A stretch of DNA of 62,063 nt, the filler included. It is 7 parts of 7 records of this genome, joined end to end, with 100 filler letters (N's around TTAATTAATTAA, not from the genome) between each part and the next. Parts side by side here need not be neighbours in the genome. Positions count along the whole stretch, not along the records: positions 38,367 to 45,487 come from DRR723986_17352; positions 45,588 to 56,481 come from DRR723986_17358; 5 more parts are not named here. One strand, 5' to 3'. The translations under genes and the position numbers were made by a program. Of this stretch, positions 43,908 to 54,389 are shown piece by piece (positions within the stretch are counted from its first letter, which is position 1; every line of letters starts with the position of its first letter). A model generated the notes under the pieces. The model searched no databases. It worked only from the letters and a program-made list of their open reading frames with translations, and was not told the origin of the DNA.

Positions 43908-45101
43908 ATGCAAAAAGATCCCAGCACCCTGATGCGCCCCGAGCGCCTGCCGCAAAGCGCCAGCTGGCCGGTGGTGACGCCGCTGATGCCATCGGTTGTT
44001 TATGGCAGCGACACGCCGGATGCGCTGGATGCGCAATATGAGGGGCGCGTGGCGGGCTATACCTATGCCCGCGAGGGGCACCCCAATGCCGATGTGGTTG
44101 CCCGGCGCATCGATGCGCTGGAGGGCGGTTCGGGTGGCTTGGTGCTGGGTTCGGGGATGGCGGCGGTGAGCGCTGTGCTGATGGGGCTGTTGAAGGCGGG
44201 CGATCATGTGCTGGGGGGCGATCAGCTGTATGGGCGCTCGTTGCGCCTGATGGCGCAGGATTTGCCGCGCTTGGGGATTGCCACCTCGTTGGCCGATCCC
44301 TGCGATGTGGCGGCGATGGCGGCGGCTATTCGGCCGCAAACGCGTATGATTTTGGTAGAGCTGGTCTCCAACCCGACGCTGCGGGTGGCAGATTTGGCGG
44401 GGATTGCGGCGCTGGCAAAAGAGCGCGGGGTGTTGTTGGTGGTGGATAACACCTTTACCACACCGCGGGCGTTTCGGCCCTTTGATATGGGGGCGGATGT
44501 TGTCATTCATTCGGTGACCAAATTATTGGCGGGGCATTCGGATGTGACCTTGGGCTATGTTTGTGCGCGCGATGCGGGGCTGCAAAAGGCGATTTACGAC
44601 TTTTCGGTGACGACGGGTATGACCCCCAGCCCATTTGATTGCTGGCTGGCCGAACGGGGCATGCTGAGTTTCGAGCTGCGCTTTGATCGGGCCGAGGCCA
44701 CGGCTGCGCGCCTGGCCGATCATCTGGCGGGGCTGGAGGGGGTGGCACGGGTGTTATACCCCATGCGCGCCGATCACCCCGATGCGGCGCGGGCGCGCAC
44801 TGTGCTGGGCAACCGGGGCTGCAATATGGTGAGTTTTGAATTGGAAGGCGGGCGCGCGGCGGCCAATGCCTTTGCCCATGCGGCCAGCGGTGTGGCCTTT
44901 GCGCCAACCTTGGGGGATGTGGGCACGACGCTGTCGCATCCGGCCTCGAGCTCGCACCGCGCGTTAAGCCCCGAGGGGCGGGCGGCGCTTGGCATTTCCG
45001 AGGGGTTTTTTCGTGTTTCGGTGGGCTTGGAAGATGCCGAGGCGCTATGCGCTGAATTCAGCAAAGGGGTTGCAGCGGCCCGGGCCGCTGTGGCGGGCTA
45101 G
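43908..45101 (+). CDS. PLP-dependent trans-sulfuration enzyme (Cys/Met metabolism family)
   Basis: YAREGHPN, SGMAA, NPTL, DNTF, HSVTKLLAGHSD, RVSVGLED. Confidence 0.92.
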   Translation: MQKDPSTLMRPERLPQSASWPVVTPLMPSVVYGSDTPDALDAQYEGRVAGYTYAREGHPNADVVARRIDALEGGSGGLVLGSGMAAVSAVLMGLLKAGDHVLGGDQLYGRSLRLMAQDLPRLGIATSLADPCDVAAMAAAIRPQTRMILVELVSNPTLRVADLAGIAALAKERGVLLVVDNTFTTPRAFRPFDMGADVVIHSVTKLLAGHSDVTLGYVCARDAGLQKAIYDFSVTTGMTPSPFDCWLAERGMLSFELRFDRAEATAARLADHLAGLEGVARVLYPMRADHPDAARARTVLGNRGCNMVSFELEGGRAAANAFAHAASGVAFAPTLGDVGTTLSHPASSSHRALSPEGRAALGISEGFFRVSVGLEDAEALCAEFSKGVAAARAAVAG

Positions 45102-45103
45102 GC

Positions 45104-45487
45104 ATGGGGCTGGCTGAGAATATCTTAGAGGCCATTCCGCAGCCGGCGCTTTTGGTCAACCCCGAGGACCGTATTTTGGCAGGCAACAGCATGGCGCAGG
45201 CCGTGTTTGGGGCAGGGATGGCGGGGCGCGCTTTGGTGATGGTGATCCGCCAGCCATCGGTTTTGGATGCGCTTGAGGCCTGCCGGAAAACCGGCGCGGT
45301 GCAATCGGCGCGCTATTTGACCAATGATGGGCGCCAGGATGTCAGCTTTGATATGCGCGCGAGCCTGGTGCAGGGGGCGGGGCTGGATGGGGTTTTGCTG
45401 TGTTTCAATGATGTCAGCCATCTGGAACAGGCAGGCCAGATGCGGCGCGATTTTGTGGCCAATGTCAGCCATGAATTGCGCACGCCG
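45104..45487 (+). CDS. PAS histidine kinase, PhoR-like (3' truncated)
   Basis: N-terminal PAS followed by MRRDFVANVSHELRTP. Confidence 0.85.
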
Positions 45488-45587
45488 NNNNNNNNNNNNN
45501 NNNNNNNNNNNNNNNNNNNNNNNNNNNNNNNTTAATTAATTAANNNNNNNNNNNNNNNNNNNNNNNNNNNNNNNNNNNNNNNNNNNN
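45488..45587. other. Artificial contig spacer
   Basis: N-run + TTAATTAATTAA + N-run. Confidence 0.98.
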
Positions 45588-45661
45588 GGCTGGGGTGGTA
45601 GGATTCGAACCTACGATACACGGTACCAAAAACCGATGCCTTACCGCTTGGCTACACCCCA
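45588..45661 (-). tRNA. tRNA-Gln (anticodon TTG)
   Basis: Reverse complement TGGGGTGTAGCCAAGCGGTAAGGCATCGGTTTTTGGTACCGTGTATCGTAGGTTCGAATCCTACCACCCCAGCC: acceptor stem, D-loop, anticodon loop TT-TTG-GT, GTTCGAATC T-loop. Confidence 0.95.
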
Positions 45662-45735
45662 ACCGTGACGCGCTAGTTACGCCGCCCGCCGCGCGGGATC
45701 AAGACCTTTTGGCCAAAAAAACCGAGCCTTATTCG

Positions 45736-47058
45736 CTATTCCTGCGGTGCCTCGCGGGTCAACAGATCGTCATGCGCCGTTTCCGCGCGTTCAGCGTCCA
45801 CGATCCGCTGCAATTCCTGCATATCCTCGGCGTGAACCGGCATGGCAACAACGGGCGCGGCACTGTCTTCGGCGGTTCCGGCCGCTTGCGAACTGCGGGC
45901 CGGGGCGGGGCGAATCGTTGAATCGGTGATCAGGCGATAGGTCGGTTCAGGCAGGGTGATTCCCGCTTCCTCCAATCGCGCCTTGGCCAGCCGGATCGCC
46001 TCGCCCCGCGCCATGAACAGACCGGTTTCGTGCTGCTTGACCCAACCGGCAGCGGTGATGGTGATGTTGCTGTCGCCGACCTCTTCGACCCATGTCGAAG
46101 GACCCGGAGTTTTCAGAAGGTAAGGCAGTTCGCCTAGCGCACCCAGAATGATCTCCTGCGCCTCGGCGATATCGGCATTTGCGTCGATCCCGAGGGTGAA
46201 GGTGAATCGACGTTCATCGTTGCGGGTATAGTTCACGATGCGGGAACTGAAGACCTTGGAATTCGGAATGCGGATGTGGTTGCCATCGGGTGACAGCAGG
46301 ATCGTGGCGCGGCTGGTCAGGCGGATAACATGGCCGGTGTCGCCTTCGATTTCCACCAGATCCTTGGGCCGGAAAGGCTGGCGCATGGACAGCATGATGG
46401 AGGCAATGAAGTTTTCCACCGTATCGCGGACGGCAAAGCCGATGGCGAGGCCGACGATCCCGGCTGCCCCCAGAATGGTGGACAGCAATGCGGTCAGGTT
46501 CAGCAGGTCCAGGGCCAGAACCACGCCCAGAACCATGAAGAACAGGCGCACGATCTGACGGTAGATATCGGCAATGAAGGCATTGGGCGCGATCCGGTCC
46601 CAGGGGTTGTTCATCCGCGCAATCAGAAAACCCGCCCAGGCCACAAGCAGCCCGGCAAAAACGGCAACCATCAAGAGCGGCAGCAAGGCCAGAGTCTGTT
46701 TCAGCCGGTTCCACAGCCTCTCTACGGCCGGGGTCAGGCGCTCGACCACATCGGTGGTTTCGCTGACCTCGTTTTCGATGGCCACCACGCCTTCAACACG
46801 TGCCACGAGACCGGTCAGGGCCTCGGCGGTGGCGGCATCCAGCGTCGTGCCGCGCAGGGTGACAATGCCGTCCGAAACATAGACCGCGACGTTTTCGTAC
46901 CCGTCCAGCTGGTGGATGATTTCGCGAATACGTACGGCGATTGCGGCGTCCTGCTGGACGGAGTTCTCGACGGAAATGGTGGTGTCGGGTTGCGTTGCCT
47001 CTTGCGCTTGGGCGGTCAGGGGCAGGGCAAGGAGCAGCAGGATCAGGAAAAGGCGCAT
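45736..47058 (-). CDS. MscS mechanosensitive channel with N-terminal periplasmic BON domain
   Basis: Signal peptide, V.VSDGIVTLRG....VEGVVAIEN (BON), GIVGLAIGFAVRD..ENF, QPFR..D.VEI, IPNS. Confidence 0.9.
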   Translation of the reverse strand: MRLFLILLLLALPLTAQAQEATQPDTTISVENSVQQDAAIAVRIREIIHQLDGYENVAVYVSDGIVTLRGTTLDAATAEALTGLVARVEGVVAIENEVSETTDVVERLTPAVERLWNRLKQTLALLPLLMVAVFAGLLVAWAGFLIARMNNPWDRIAPNAFIADIYRQIVRLFFMVLGVVLALDLLNLTALLSTILGAAGIVGLAIGFAVRDTVENFIASIMLSMRQPFRPKDLVEIEGDTGHVIRLTSRATILLSPDGNHIRIPNSKVFSSRIVNYTRNDERRFTFTLGIDANADIAEAQEIILGALGELPYLLKTPGPSTWVEEVGDSNITITAAGWVKQHETGLFMARGEAIRLAKARLEEAGITLPEPTYRLITDSTIRPAPARSSQAAGTAEDSAAPVVAMPVHAEDMQELQRIVDAERAETAHDDLLTREAPQE

Positions 47059-47164
47059 GGCATGTCTCGAATGAAAAGGGCTGCCGAAAGCGTAGTGTGC
47101 TTCGGCAGCCCAAGAAAGCGTGACATTGCGGCGGGGCGGGCCAAAATCCCTCCCCGCGCCCGTC

Positions 47165-48661
47165 TTAGAGGGTCTGGTCGTACTCTCCGACGCCGGGTTC
47201 GGTGCGGATCACGGCATCAAGATCGTGGAAGATCGCCCGCAATTCCGCCTCGCTTTCGGGGCTTTCGCAGACAACCACGAGGTTCGGCGTGTTGGACGAA
47301 GCCCGCACAAGACCCCACCCGCCGTTTTCAAGCATCACCCGAGCGCCGTTCACCGTGACCACATCAACGATCTTCTGCCCGCCGAGCGATCCACCCTCTG
47401 TGTGACGCGCAACCAGTTTCGCAACCAGTCGTTCCAGCACATCGTATTTTTCGGTATCCGCGCACCAGGGCGACATGGTCGGCGACGAATACGTTACCGG
47501 CAGCGCCTTGCGCAGGTCGGCCATTGACATGTCAGGGTTTCGATCCAGCAGTTTGCAAATCTCCACCGCCACGCGCATTCCGCAGTCATAGCCGCGGCCA
47601 ATGGGTTCGGCCAGGAAGTAGTGACCCGACTTCTCGAACCCGGCCAGCGCACCCAGTTCATGCACCCGGCGTTTCATGTGGCTGTGCCCGGTCTTCCAGT
47701 AATCGGTCTTGACGCCAAGCGCCTTGAGCTCCGGATCAGAGGCATAGAGGCCAGTCGATTTCACATCCGCCACGAAGGTGGAACCGGGGTAGAGCTTGGC
47801 CAGATCGCGGGCCATGATCACGCCCACCTTGTCGGCAAAGATCTCTTCACCCTCGTTGTCCACCACGCCGCAGCGGTCGCCGTCTCCGTCAAAGCCAAGC
47901 GCCAGATCCGCGCCGCTTTCCGTCACCGTGGCGGACATGTCGTGCAACATCTCCATCGCCTCGGGGTTGGGGTTGTAGTGGGGGAAGGTGTAGTCGAGCG
48001 TGTTGTGAGAGGCGACAACCTCGACCCCCAACCGCTCGAACAGTTCAGGCGCAAAGGCCGAAGCGGTGCCGTTCCCCGTTGCGCAGACGACGCGCAGTTT
48101 GCGGGTCATTTTGAAATCGCCCACCAGGTCATCGAGATACGCTTCGCGCACGCCTTCGACGAATTCATAACCACCACCGGGCCGCGCCACCCCTTCGCCT
48201 CCAAGCACGATATCGCGCAGGCGGGCCATTTCAACCGGGCCATGGGTCAGAGGCCGTTGAAAGCCCATCTTGACCCCGGTCCAGCCATTGGGGTTGTGGC
48301 TGGCCGTCACCATTGCCACGGCGGGTGCGTCCAGATGGAACTGGCTGAAATAGGCCATGGGCGACACGGCGGGGCCGATATCCTTGACTTGGATACCTGC
48401 CTGCATCAGCCCGAGGATCAGCGCGTTCTTCACCGACAGCGAATAGTCGCGATAATCGTTGCCGACGGCAATGACTGGCGCGATCCCGGCCTCATGCATC
48501 TGGGTGCCAAGACCAAGCCCAAGCGCGGTAATCCCCGGCAGGTTGATCTCATCAGGGAATTTCCAGCGGGCATCGTATTCCCGGAAACCCGTGGGTGCGA
48601 TCATCGGGTCGCGCAGAAATGCCCAGGTGTTCTGGGTGACGTCGGAATGGGGTTTGGTCAT
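47165..48661 (-). CDS. Phosphomannomutase/phosphoglucomutase
   Basis: FREYDAR, TASHNP, DGDGDR, GFEKSGH, VRASSN. Confidence 0.94.
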   Translation of the reverse strand: MTKPHSDVTQNTWAFLRDPMIAPTGFREYDARWKFPDEINLPGITALGLGLGTQMHEAGIAPVIAVGNDYRDYSLSVKNALILGLMQAGIQVKDIGPAVSPMAYFSQFHLDAPAVAMVTASHNPNGWTGVKMGFQRPLTHGPVEMARLRDIVLGGEGVARPGGGYEFVEGVREAYLDDLVGDFKMTRKLRVVCATGNGTASAFAPELFERLGVEVVASHNTLDYTFPHYNPNPEAMEMLHDMSATVTESGADLALGFDGDGDRCGVVDNEGEEIFADKVGVIMARDLAKLYPGSTFVADVKSTGLYASDPELKALGVKTDYWKTGHSHMKRRVHELGALAGFEKSGHYFLAEPIGRGYDCGMRVAVEICKLLDRNPDMSMADLRKALPVTYSSPTMSPWCADTEKYDVLERLVAKLVARHTEGGSLGGQKIVDVVTVNGARVMLENGGWGLVRASSNTPNLVVVCESPESEAELRAIFHDLDAVIRTEPGVGEYDQTL

Positions 48662-48677
48662 GGAAAACTCCTGCAGG

Positions 48678-49511
48678 TCAGAGGCGGATCGGATCCGCTT
48701 TTGCCAAGGCATCGAAACTCATCAAACTGGCCACAAGCTGCGGCATCTGGGATAGCGGGATCATGTTAGGCCCGTCAGAGGGGGCGTTGTCCGGATCTTC
48801 ATGGGTTTCGATGAAAACCGCCGCAATGCCAAGCGAGACGGCTGCGCGCGCCATCACCGGGGCAAATTCCCGCTGACCGCCGGACGATCCGCCCTGGCCG
48901 CCGGGCTGTTGCACCGAATGCGTTGCGTCCATGACCACCGGATAGCCGGACTGCGCCATGATCGGCAGGCCGCGCATATCGGCGACCAGCGTGTTATAGC
49001 CGAAACTGGTGCCCCGTTCGGTCAGAAGCAGGCGCGTGTTACCGGTGCTTTCCAGTTTGCTGACGACATTGGCCATGTCCCAAGGGGCCAGGAACTGTCC
49101 CTTCTTGACGTTGATCGACGCCCCGGTTTCGCCAGCGGCCAACAGCAGATCGGTCTGGCGACACAGGAAGGCGGGGATCTGCAGAATGTCCACAGCCTGA
49201 GCCACGGGCGCGCATTGCGCTTCGGAATGGATGTCGGTCAGGACAGGGCAACCGAACTCCGCGCCGATCTTGGACAGGATCGTCAGGCCCTCGTCCATGC
49301 CAACACCGCGCTTGCCGCCAAGGCTGGTGCGGTTGGCTTTGTCATAGCTCGCCTTGAAGACGAACTGCGCGCCCGACGCGGCGCAAGCTGCGGCCATCTG
49401 CTCGGCGATCATCCGGGCGTGGTCCAGCGTTTCCAATTGGCAGGGACCGGCAATGACCGTCAGAGGAAGGTCATTGCCGGTGGTGATCTTTCCGATCGAA
49501 ACATGTTTCAT
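48678..49511 (-). CDS. kdsA: KDO 8-phosphate synthase
   Basis: AGPCQLE, KASYDKANRTS, QIPAFLCRQTD, KKGQF, DATHSVQ. Confidence 0.97.
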   Translation of the reverse strand: MKHVSIGKITTGNDLPLTVIAGPCQLETLDHARMIAEQMAAACAASGAQFVFKASYDKANRTSLGGKRGVGMDEGLTILSKIGAEFGCPVLTDIHSEAQCAPVAQAVDILQIPAFLCRQTDLLLAAGETGASINVKKGQFLAPWDMANVVSKLESTGNTRLLLTERGTSFGYNTLVADMRGLPIMAQSGYPVVMDATHSVQQPGGQGGSSGGQREFAPVMARAAVSLGIAAVFIETHEDPDNAPSDGPNMIPLSQMPQLVASLMSFDALAKADPIRL

Positions 49512-49514
49512 GGG

Positions 49515-51179
49515 TTAGGCGGATACCTGTTCTCTGAGGATTGAGGCCGTCATCGACAGCATCAGGTAAATGCCAGAAAAGATCAGGAAGGCAAGCAGCG
49601 TGTTTTCCAGCTTGCGCGGGAAGGCCGCCTCGTCCGGGGCAACCGGGTTTACGCTGATGGTCAGGTAGAGCGACTGCCGTTCTGCCTCCAGCCGCGCGCC
49701 TTCCAGGGCCTGAAGCGACTGGCTCAGCATCAGTTGACGGGTTTGCAGATCGGCCTGCGCCACGGCAAGTTCCGAGCTGACGCGAGCCAGCGAAACCTGA
49801 CTGTTGGCATCCTCGGTCATCGAAGACCGCAGTTCGGCAATCAGGGCTTCCAGCCGGGCGATGTTGCGTTCCGCCACCTCGACACGGGTCTGGTTCGGCC
49901 GGTCAACCGATTGCAGTTCATCCAGGCGCAGTCGTTCGTTCTGCAACTGGATCTCGAAGGTCGAAATCTGGTTGAAGAGCGCGCCCACCTCGGCCTCGGA
50001 ACTCAGAACACCTGTCTGTTCCTGCAGGTTCACCACTCGCAATTGTGCAGCGGCCAGCGCATCCTCGGCGGAGTCGTAGCTTTCACGGGCTCCGGACATC
50101 TGGTCTTCGCGCAGGCGATGCGACATCTGGTCGACGCGTTCCTCGGCATAGCGCAGCAACGCCTGAGAGAAGGCGGCGGAAAGTTGCGGATCGGCGGCCA
50201 GAACCTCCATCCGGATCATGCCCTCGGTCGGGTCATAACCGATGGTCAGGTTGCGGGAATACAGCGCATAGAGATCCTCGGTCGAGGCATCGGGTGCAAG
50301 ACGGTTCAGCGGGTCTATCTCGGGGGCCGAGAAATGGTCGCGCAGGCCCAGTTCCTCGTCCAGCAGCAGCATCGCTTCGCGGCTTTCAAGGAAGCTTTGC
50401 ACGGCAATGGAATCCTGCACCGTGGCGAAGGTCGTGCCACCAAGAAGGCCGCCAAGACCGCCCGCCGGGCTGGAACTTTCGGCCTTCTGGATCTGGAACA
50501 GGGTATTGGTTGCAAACATCGGGGTCGCAACGTTGTAGTAGTAGTAGCCGACCAGCATGGTCGGCAGCATCACGAAGGCCATCAGCCGCGCGAACAGCAG
50601 CAACAAACGCTTGCGGCGGCGGGCGGCGATATCGCGCTGCATGCGCAGGATTTCCTGCGCGCGTGCCGCGTCATCAAGTGTTGGCGGCGCCATTGCAGGC
50701 GCGGTCTGCGATGCCGGTGCAGGAACGCTCGGCTGACGCACGGTTGCCGGCAGGCGAGGCTGTGCCTCGGCGCGCTGCTGGCCGTCATTGACCACCAGTT
50801 CCAGCATGTTGGACCGTTCGAACGGGTCAATGCCCTGACGACGCAGCAGGCGAACGGCGTCGAAATCCGACGCTGGTTGCAGCCCGTGTTTCTGTGCGGT
50901 GCGTCGGGCCATGCGCAATTGGCGTCCGGTCAGACCTTCCGACCGGATCGTGGCAAGCTCTTCCTCTATCGAAAGACCCTGGGTCTGACGTTGCGCGGGC
51001 TGGACCTGTGTTTGGGGTGGGGCTGCAGGCGCACCGGCAGTCGGAAAGCGCATGTCACCGAACCCGTCGTCAGCGGGCCCGCCAAGCGGTTCGTCCGAGA
51101 CGCGGCGCGTTTCCCCCGCGGGGGCTGTCGCGCCAGTGCGACGGATGCGAAATTTCTTACCCCTGGGTTTCATAGTCAT
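49515..51179 (-). CDS. kpsE: Capsule polysaccharide export protein, KpsE/RkpR-like
   Basis: Two TM helices flanking a coiled-coil periplasmic domain, PDEAAFPR motif; overlaps kpsT. Confidence 0.8.
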   Translation of the reverse strand: MTMKPRGKKFRIRRTGATAPAGETRRVSDEPLGGPADDGFGDMRFPTAGAPAAPPQTQVQPAQRQTQGLSIEEELATIRSEGLTGRQLRMARRTAQKHGLQPASDFDAVRLLRRQGIDPFERSNMLELVVNDGQQRAEAQPRLPATVRQPSVPAPASQTAPAMAPPTLDDAARAQEILRMQRDIAARRRKRLLLLFARLMAFVMLPTMLVGYYYYNVATPMFATNTLFQIQKAESSSPAGGLGGLLGGTTFATVQDSIAVQSFLESREAMLLLDEELGLRDHFSAPEIDPLNRLAPDASTEDLYALYSRNLTIGYDPTEGMIRMEVLAADPQLSAAFSQALLRYAEERVDQMSHRLREDQMSGARESYDSAEDALAAAQLRVVNLQEQTGVLSSEAEVGALFNQISTFEIQLQNERLRLDELQSVDRPNQTRVEVAERNIARLEALIAELRSSMTEDANSQVSLARVSSELAVAQADLQTRQLMLSQSLQALEGARLEAERQSLYLTISVNPVAPDEAAFPRKLENTLLAFLIFSGIYLMLSMTASILREQVSA

Positions 51180-51816
51180 AAAGTCTCTTAGCCTCTTCGA
51201 GAGAGTCGAACTGATAAAACTGACCATCCTTCAGAACGGCCGCACGTCTTGCGAATTTTTCCAGCGTATCCGCCTGGTGGGATACAATGATGACGGTTGC
51301 CGATTTCAGTCGCTCTGCAAGGATCGTGCCAGCCTTGCGGTTGAAATTGGCATCGGTGGTGCGCGGCATGCCTTCATCAATTAGGTAAATATCGAACTCC
51401 AGCGCCAGAAGCAGCGAAAACTGGAACCGCGCCTTCATCCCGGCCGAATAGGTGCCAAGCGGGCGGTCGAAGTATTCTTCCAGATCGCAGACCCACCTGC
51501 AAAACGCCTCTACATAGTCAGGATCCAGCCCATAGAGTTGGGCGATGTAGCGGCTGTTTTCCGTGGCTGAAAGCAGCGGCAGAATCCCACCCATGAACCC
51601 GAGCGGAAAGGAAATCCTGCAAGCGCGGACGATCTCGCCCTCATCGGGCTTTTCCAGTCCGGCCATCATGTTGATCAGAGTGGTTTTGCCGGTGCCGTTC
51701 GGGGCGAGGATGCCAAGCGATTGCCCCAGTTCCACACGGAAAGACGCACGGTCAAGAATGACCTTGCGCTGTGTGCCCGTCCAGAAGGACTTGGAGACAT
51801 TCATGAACTCGAGCAT
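51157..51816 (-). CDS. kpsT: Capsule export ABC ATP-binding protein
   Basis: APNGTGKTT, YSAGMKAR, YLIDEG, VSH. Confidence 0.85.
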   Translation of the reverse strand: MLEFMNVSKSFWTGTQRKVILDRASFRVELGQSLGILAPNGTGKTTLINMMAGLEKPDEGEIVRACRISFPLGFMGGILPLLSATENSRYIAQLYGLDPDYVEAFCRWVCDLEEYFDRPLGTYSAGMKARFQFSLLLALEFDIYLIDEGMPRTTDANFNRKAGTILAERLKSATVIIVSHQADTLEKFARRAAVLKDGQFYQFDSLEEAKRLYDYETQG

Positions 51817-51973
51817 GTTCGCCCTGTATTGCTGCCTGACATGGCCCTGATTGCTACGTTCAGGGCTTCTATTGGGTAACCTATCGGCTCAATTGGGCGC
51901 TATTATGTCCATTGGTGCAACGAAATCAAAGCTCTTCGAGAGGATTGTGACACTATTGCGGCATATATCTTAA

Positions 51974-52005
51974 GAAAAAGCCCCCAAGGACCGACCTTGG
52001 GGGCT
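51974..52005 (-). terminator. Rho-independent terminator after nhaA
   Basis: 11-bp stem AGCCCCCAAGG/CCTTGGGGGCT with a T-tract on the minus strand. Confidence 0.85.
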
Positions 52006-52033
52006 ATTTGTCAACGTTTCAGGGTGAGCGCTG

Positions 52034-53296
52034 TCAGACCTCTTTCTTTTCGACCCGCAGCAACTTGCCCGCGATGATCGCGATCACCGCCGCGAAGAAG
52101 CTGAACAGCGCGCCCATCTTGGCTGCGTCCTGTACTGGTCCGGCATCGAACGCCACCGAAGCCACGAAGAGCGAGACGGTAAAGCCGATGGCCGCCACAA
52201 AACCGATGACCACAAGGTCGATAATCCTCATGCCCTCGGGTATGCCGAGCCCGAGCGGTTTCGCCGCAATCCAGCCAAACAGGAAGATCCCGATCGGTTT
52301 GCCGACAATAAGCCCCGCCAGAACCAGCCATGTTGCTGGCCCCATGGACGAAAACTCCACGCCCGCGTTCAACAGCCCGAACAGGCCCAGAATGATCTCG
52401 ACCGGCACTTTCAAAGCGTGCTCGATCTCGTTCAGCAGATCATGCAGGTGGCGTTCGGCGTCGGCAAAGATGCCAAAGGCGCGATCCGCATGGGGAATGG
52501 TCGGAACGATCGGCAACAGGCCAAGCGCCGGGTGCAGCCCGCTTTCCTGAAATCCGTACCAGCTGAGGCAGGCAGCGATCAGATAGGGCCAGAACGACAG
52601 CTTCTTGCGCACCCAGGTGGACCGCGTGCGCAGCTGGTCGCCGCGGTCCAGATAGCGCGGCAGCCAGTTGAACAGGAAGAACACGCCGATGGCAGCACCA
52701 AGGCTGAGCAGCAGCCAGACCGGGGCCAGATCGCCAGAGGGGTAGAAGATCGCAAGGATCAAGAGGCCCGCTGCGTCATCGGCGATGGCCAGCAGCAGCA
52801 GGAATCGCACCGCAGGGTGCCCTGCACCGAAAACCATCCGTCCCACGAGGTAGGAAAACGCGATGTCGGTCGCGGTCGGAATCGCCCACCCGTTGGCCAC
52901 GGCGTTGTAGGTTTCCGACCCGAAGATCATCGCCAGGCCCAGATAGACGCTGATAGGACCGACCATGCCGCCAAGCGTGGCGACCAGCGGCGTCGCCGCC
53001 TTCTTGCCGCGCAGCGATCCGTTTTCGAGGATCACGGCTTCCCAGACTTCCTTCGCGGCGATGGCAAAGAACAGTGCCATCAGCACGTCATTCACGAGGT
53101 AGTGCAACGTCAGCGTTCGCACCACATGGCCGTGCCCGTCATCATGCAGGTGGCCGATGATAAAATCGTCGATCAGGACGAATTCTACGAAATGGTGATA
53201 ACTCTCTGCATTGGTGTTGGCCCAGATCAGGGCCAGGATTGCCCCCCCGATCAGAAACAGCGAGTAACTGGTGATAAAATTCCAGACGCGATACAT
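52034..53296 (-). CDS. nhaA: Na+/H+ antiporter NhaA
   Basis: VND.LMALFF, GWAIPTATDIAF, LLAIADD, GKP.GI, IGFTVSLF. Confidence 0.93.
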   Translation of the reverse strand: MYRVWNFITSYSLFLIGGAILALIWANTNAESYHHFVEFVLIDDFIIGHLHDDGHGHVVRTLTLHYLVNDVLMALFFAIAAKEVWEAVILENGSLRGKKAATPLVATLGGMVGPISVYLGLAMIFGSETYNAVANGWAIPTATDIAFSYLVGRMVFGAGHPAVRFLLLLAIADDAAGLLILAIFYPSGDLAPVWLLLSLGAAIGVFFLFNWLPRYLDRGDQLRTRSTWVRKKLSFWPYLIAACLSWYGFQESGLHPALGLLPIVPTIPHADRAFGIFADAERHLHDLLNEIEHALKVPVEIILGLFGLLNAGVEFSSMGPATWLVLAGLIVGKPIGIFLFGWIAAKPLGLGIPEGMRIIDLVVIGFVAAIGFTVSLFVASVAFDAGPVQDAAKMGALFSFFAAVIAIIAGKLLRVEKKEV

Positions 53297-53357
53297 CTGT
53301 CCCCTCCGCTTTTCCGGTTGCGGTCAAATAGCGGAAGGGACCGGTTGGAACAATAGC

Positions 53358-54389
53358 TCAGGCGATCAAACCCCAGGCCAGACCGGCGAAAATGGCGCCG
53401 ACGACAGCGAAACCCAGATAGAGAGCGAAAATTCGGGGCTTCACCAAGGCCCAGACCGCCACCGCCGCCGGGATACAGCTGACGCCGCCCGCGATGACAA
53501 AGGCCATGGCCGCGCCTTGGGTCATGCCCTGTTCGATCAGCCCGCCGATCAGGGGCACGGCGGCATAGCCGTTCAGGTAGGCCGGTGCGCCAAGGATGGC
53601 TCCGAGGATGACAGACCAGACGCCCTCGCCCCCAAGTGCCGTGGCAATCCAGGACGCGGGAACATAGCGGATCAGCAGCGTTTCCAGCAGATAGGCCAGC
53701 ATCATCCACTTGCCGAGGAAGAACAGGTTTTCCCATGCGGCCTGACCGAAGATTGTGCGCCGGTTTGCGTCCTGCCAGAAGCGCCAGTTGACGGTCAGCT
53801 TCGGTGCCCCGCAACACGATCCGCAGCCCGCGGGTGTCCGTGCCTTCAGTGGATCTTCAAGGAAGCGCGAGGACTTCATTGCCATCAGGGTAAAGCCGCC
53901 GAAAAGGCCCATGCCAACCGCAGCGGCGGTTTTCGCGATGGCGAAGTTCCAGCCGAGCTCTCCTGCCGTGATCGCGAACATCGAGGGGTCCATCAGCGGC
54001 GACGACAACCAGAACGCCATGACCGCAGAAATCGGCGCGCCTGCGGCCAGCAGGGCCGCAACAAACGGGATCACCTGGCAAGAACAGAAGGGAGACAGCC
54101 CACCCACAAGGGCCGCAAAGATGATCATCCGCGTCTCTGCGCCATGAAAGGCCCCATCCAGCAACCGTTCCGAGCCACTGGCGCGCATGTAGGCGATGGC
54201 GAGAATGGCGAACAGAATATAGGGTGCGGTACGGATCAGCGAACCGATTGTGTCCTGCACCGACGGAACGAAGGCGGGCCGGTCGAACAGCAACAGTGCA
54301 AGTGCGATGGCCGCACAGGTCAGCAAGACCTTGTCCAGCCGGCCCCAAAGATCGCGCATTGGGGCCGGGGATTGAGTGAGATCAGCCAT
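53358..54389 (-). CDS. ArsP/DUF318-family permease
   Basis: SPFCSC..IP, F.LSSPL..P, central CGSCC loop; ATG after CAGGAGG overlapping the arsR stop. Confidence 0.85.
   Translation of the reverse strand: MADLTQSPAPMRDLWGRLDKVLLTCAAIALALLLFDRPAFVPSVQDTIGSLIRTAPYILFAILAIAYMRASGSERLLDGAFHGAETRMIIFAALVGGLSPFCSCQVIPFVAALLAAGAPISAVMAFWLSSPLMDPSMFAITAGELGWNFAIAKTAAAVGMGLFGGFTLMAMKSSRFLEDPLKARTPAGCGSCCGAPKLTVNWRFWQDANRRTIFGQAAWENLFFLGKWMMLAYLLETLLIRYVPASWIATALGGEGVWSVILGAILGAPAYLNGYAAVPLIGGLIEQGMTQGAAMAFVIAGGVSCIPAAVAVWALVKPRIFALYLGFAVVGAIFAGLAWGLIA

Noticed and set aside
45595..45921. 108-aa ORF beginning MVGFEPT
   Set aside because: Translation of the reverse complement of tRNA-Gln.
49515..51816. 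kpsE/kpsT without kpsM as a novel export system
   Set aside because: As I recall, this split arrangement next to kdsA is common in Rhodobacterales, with kpsM elsewhere.
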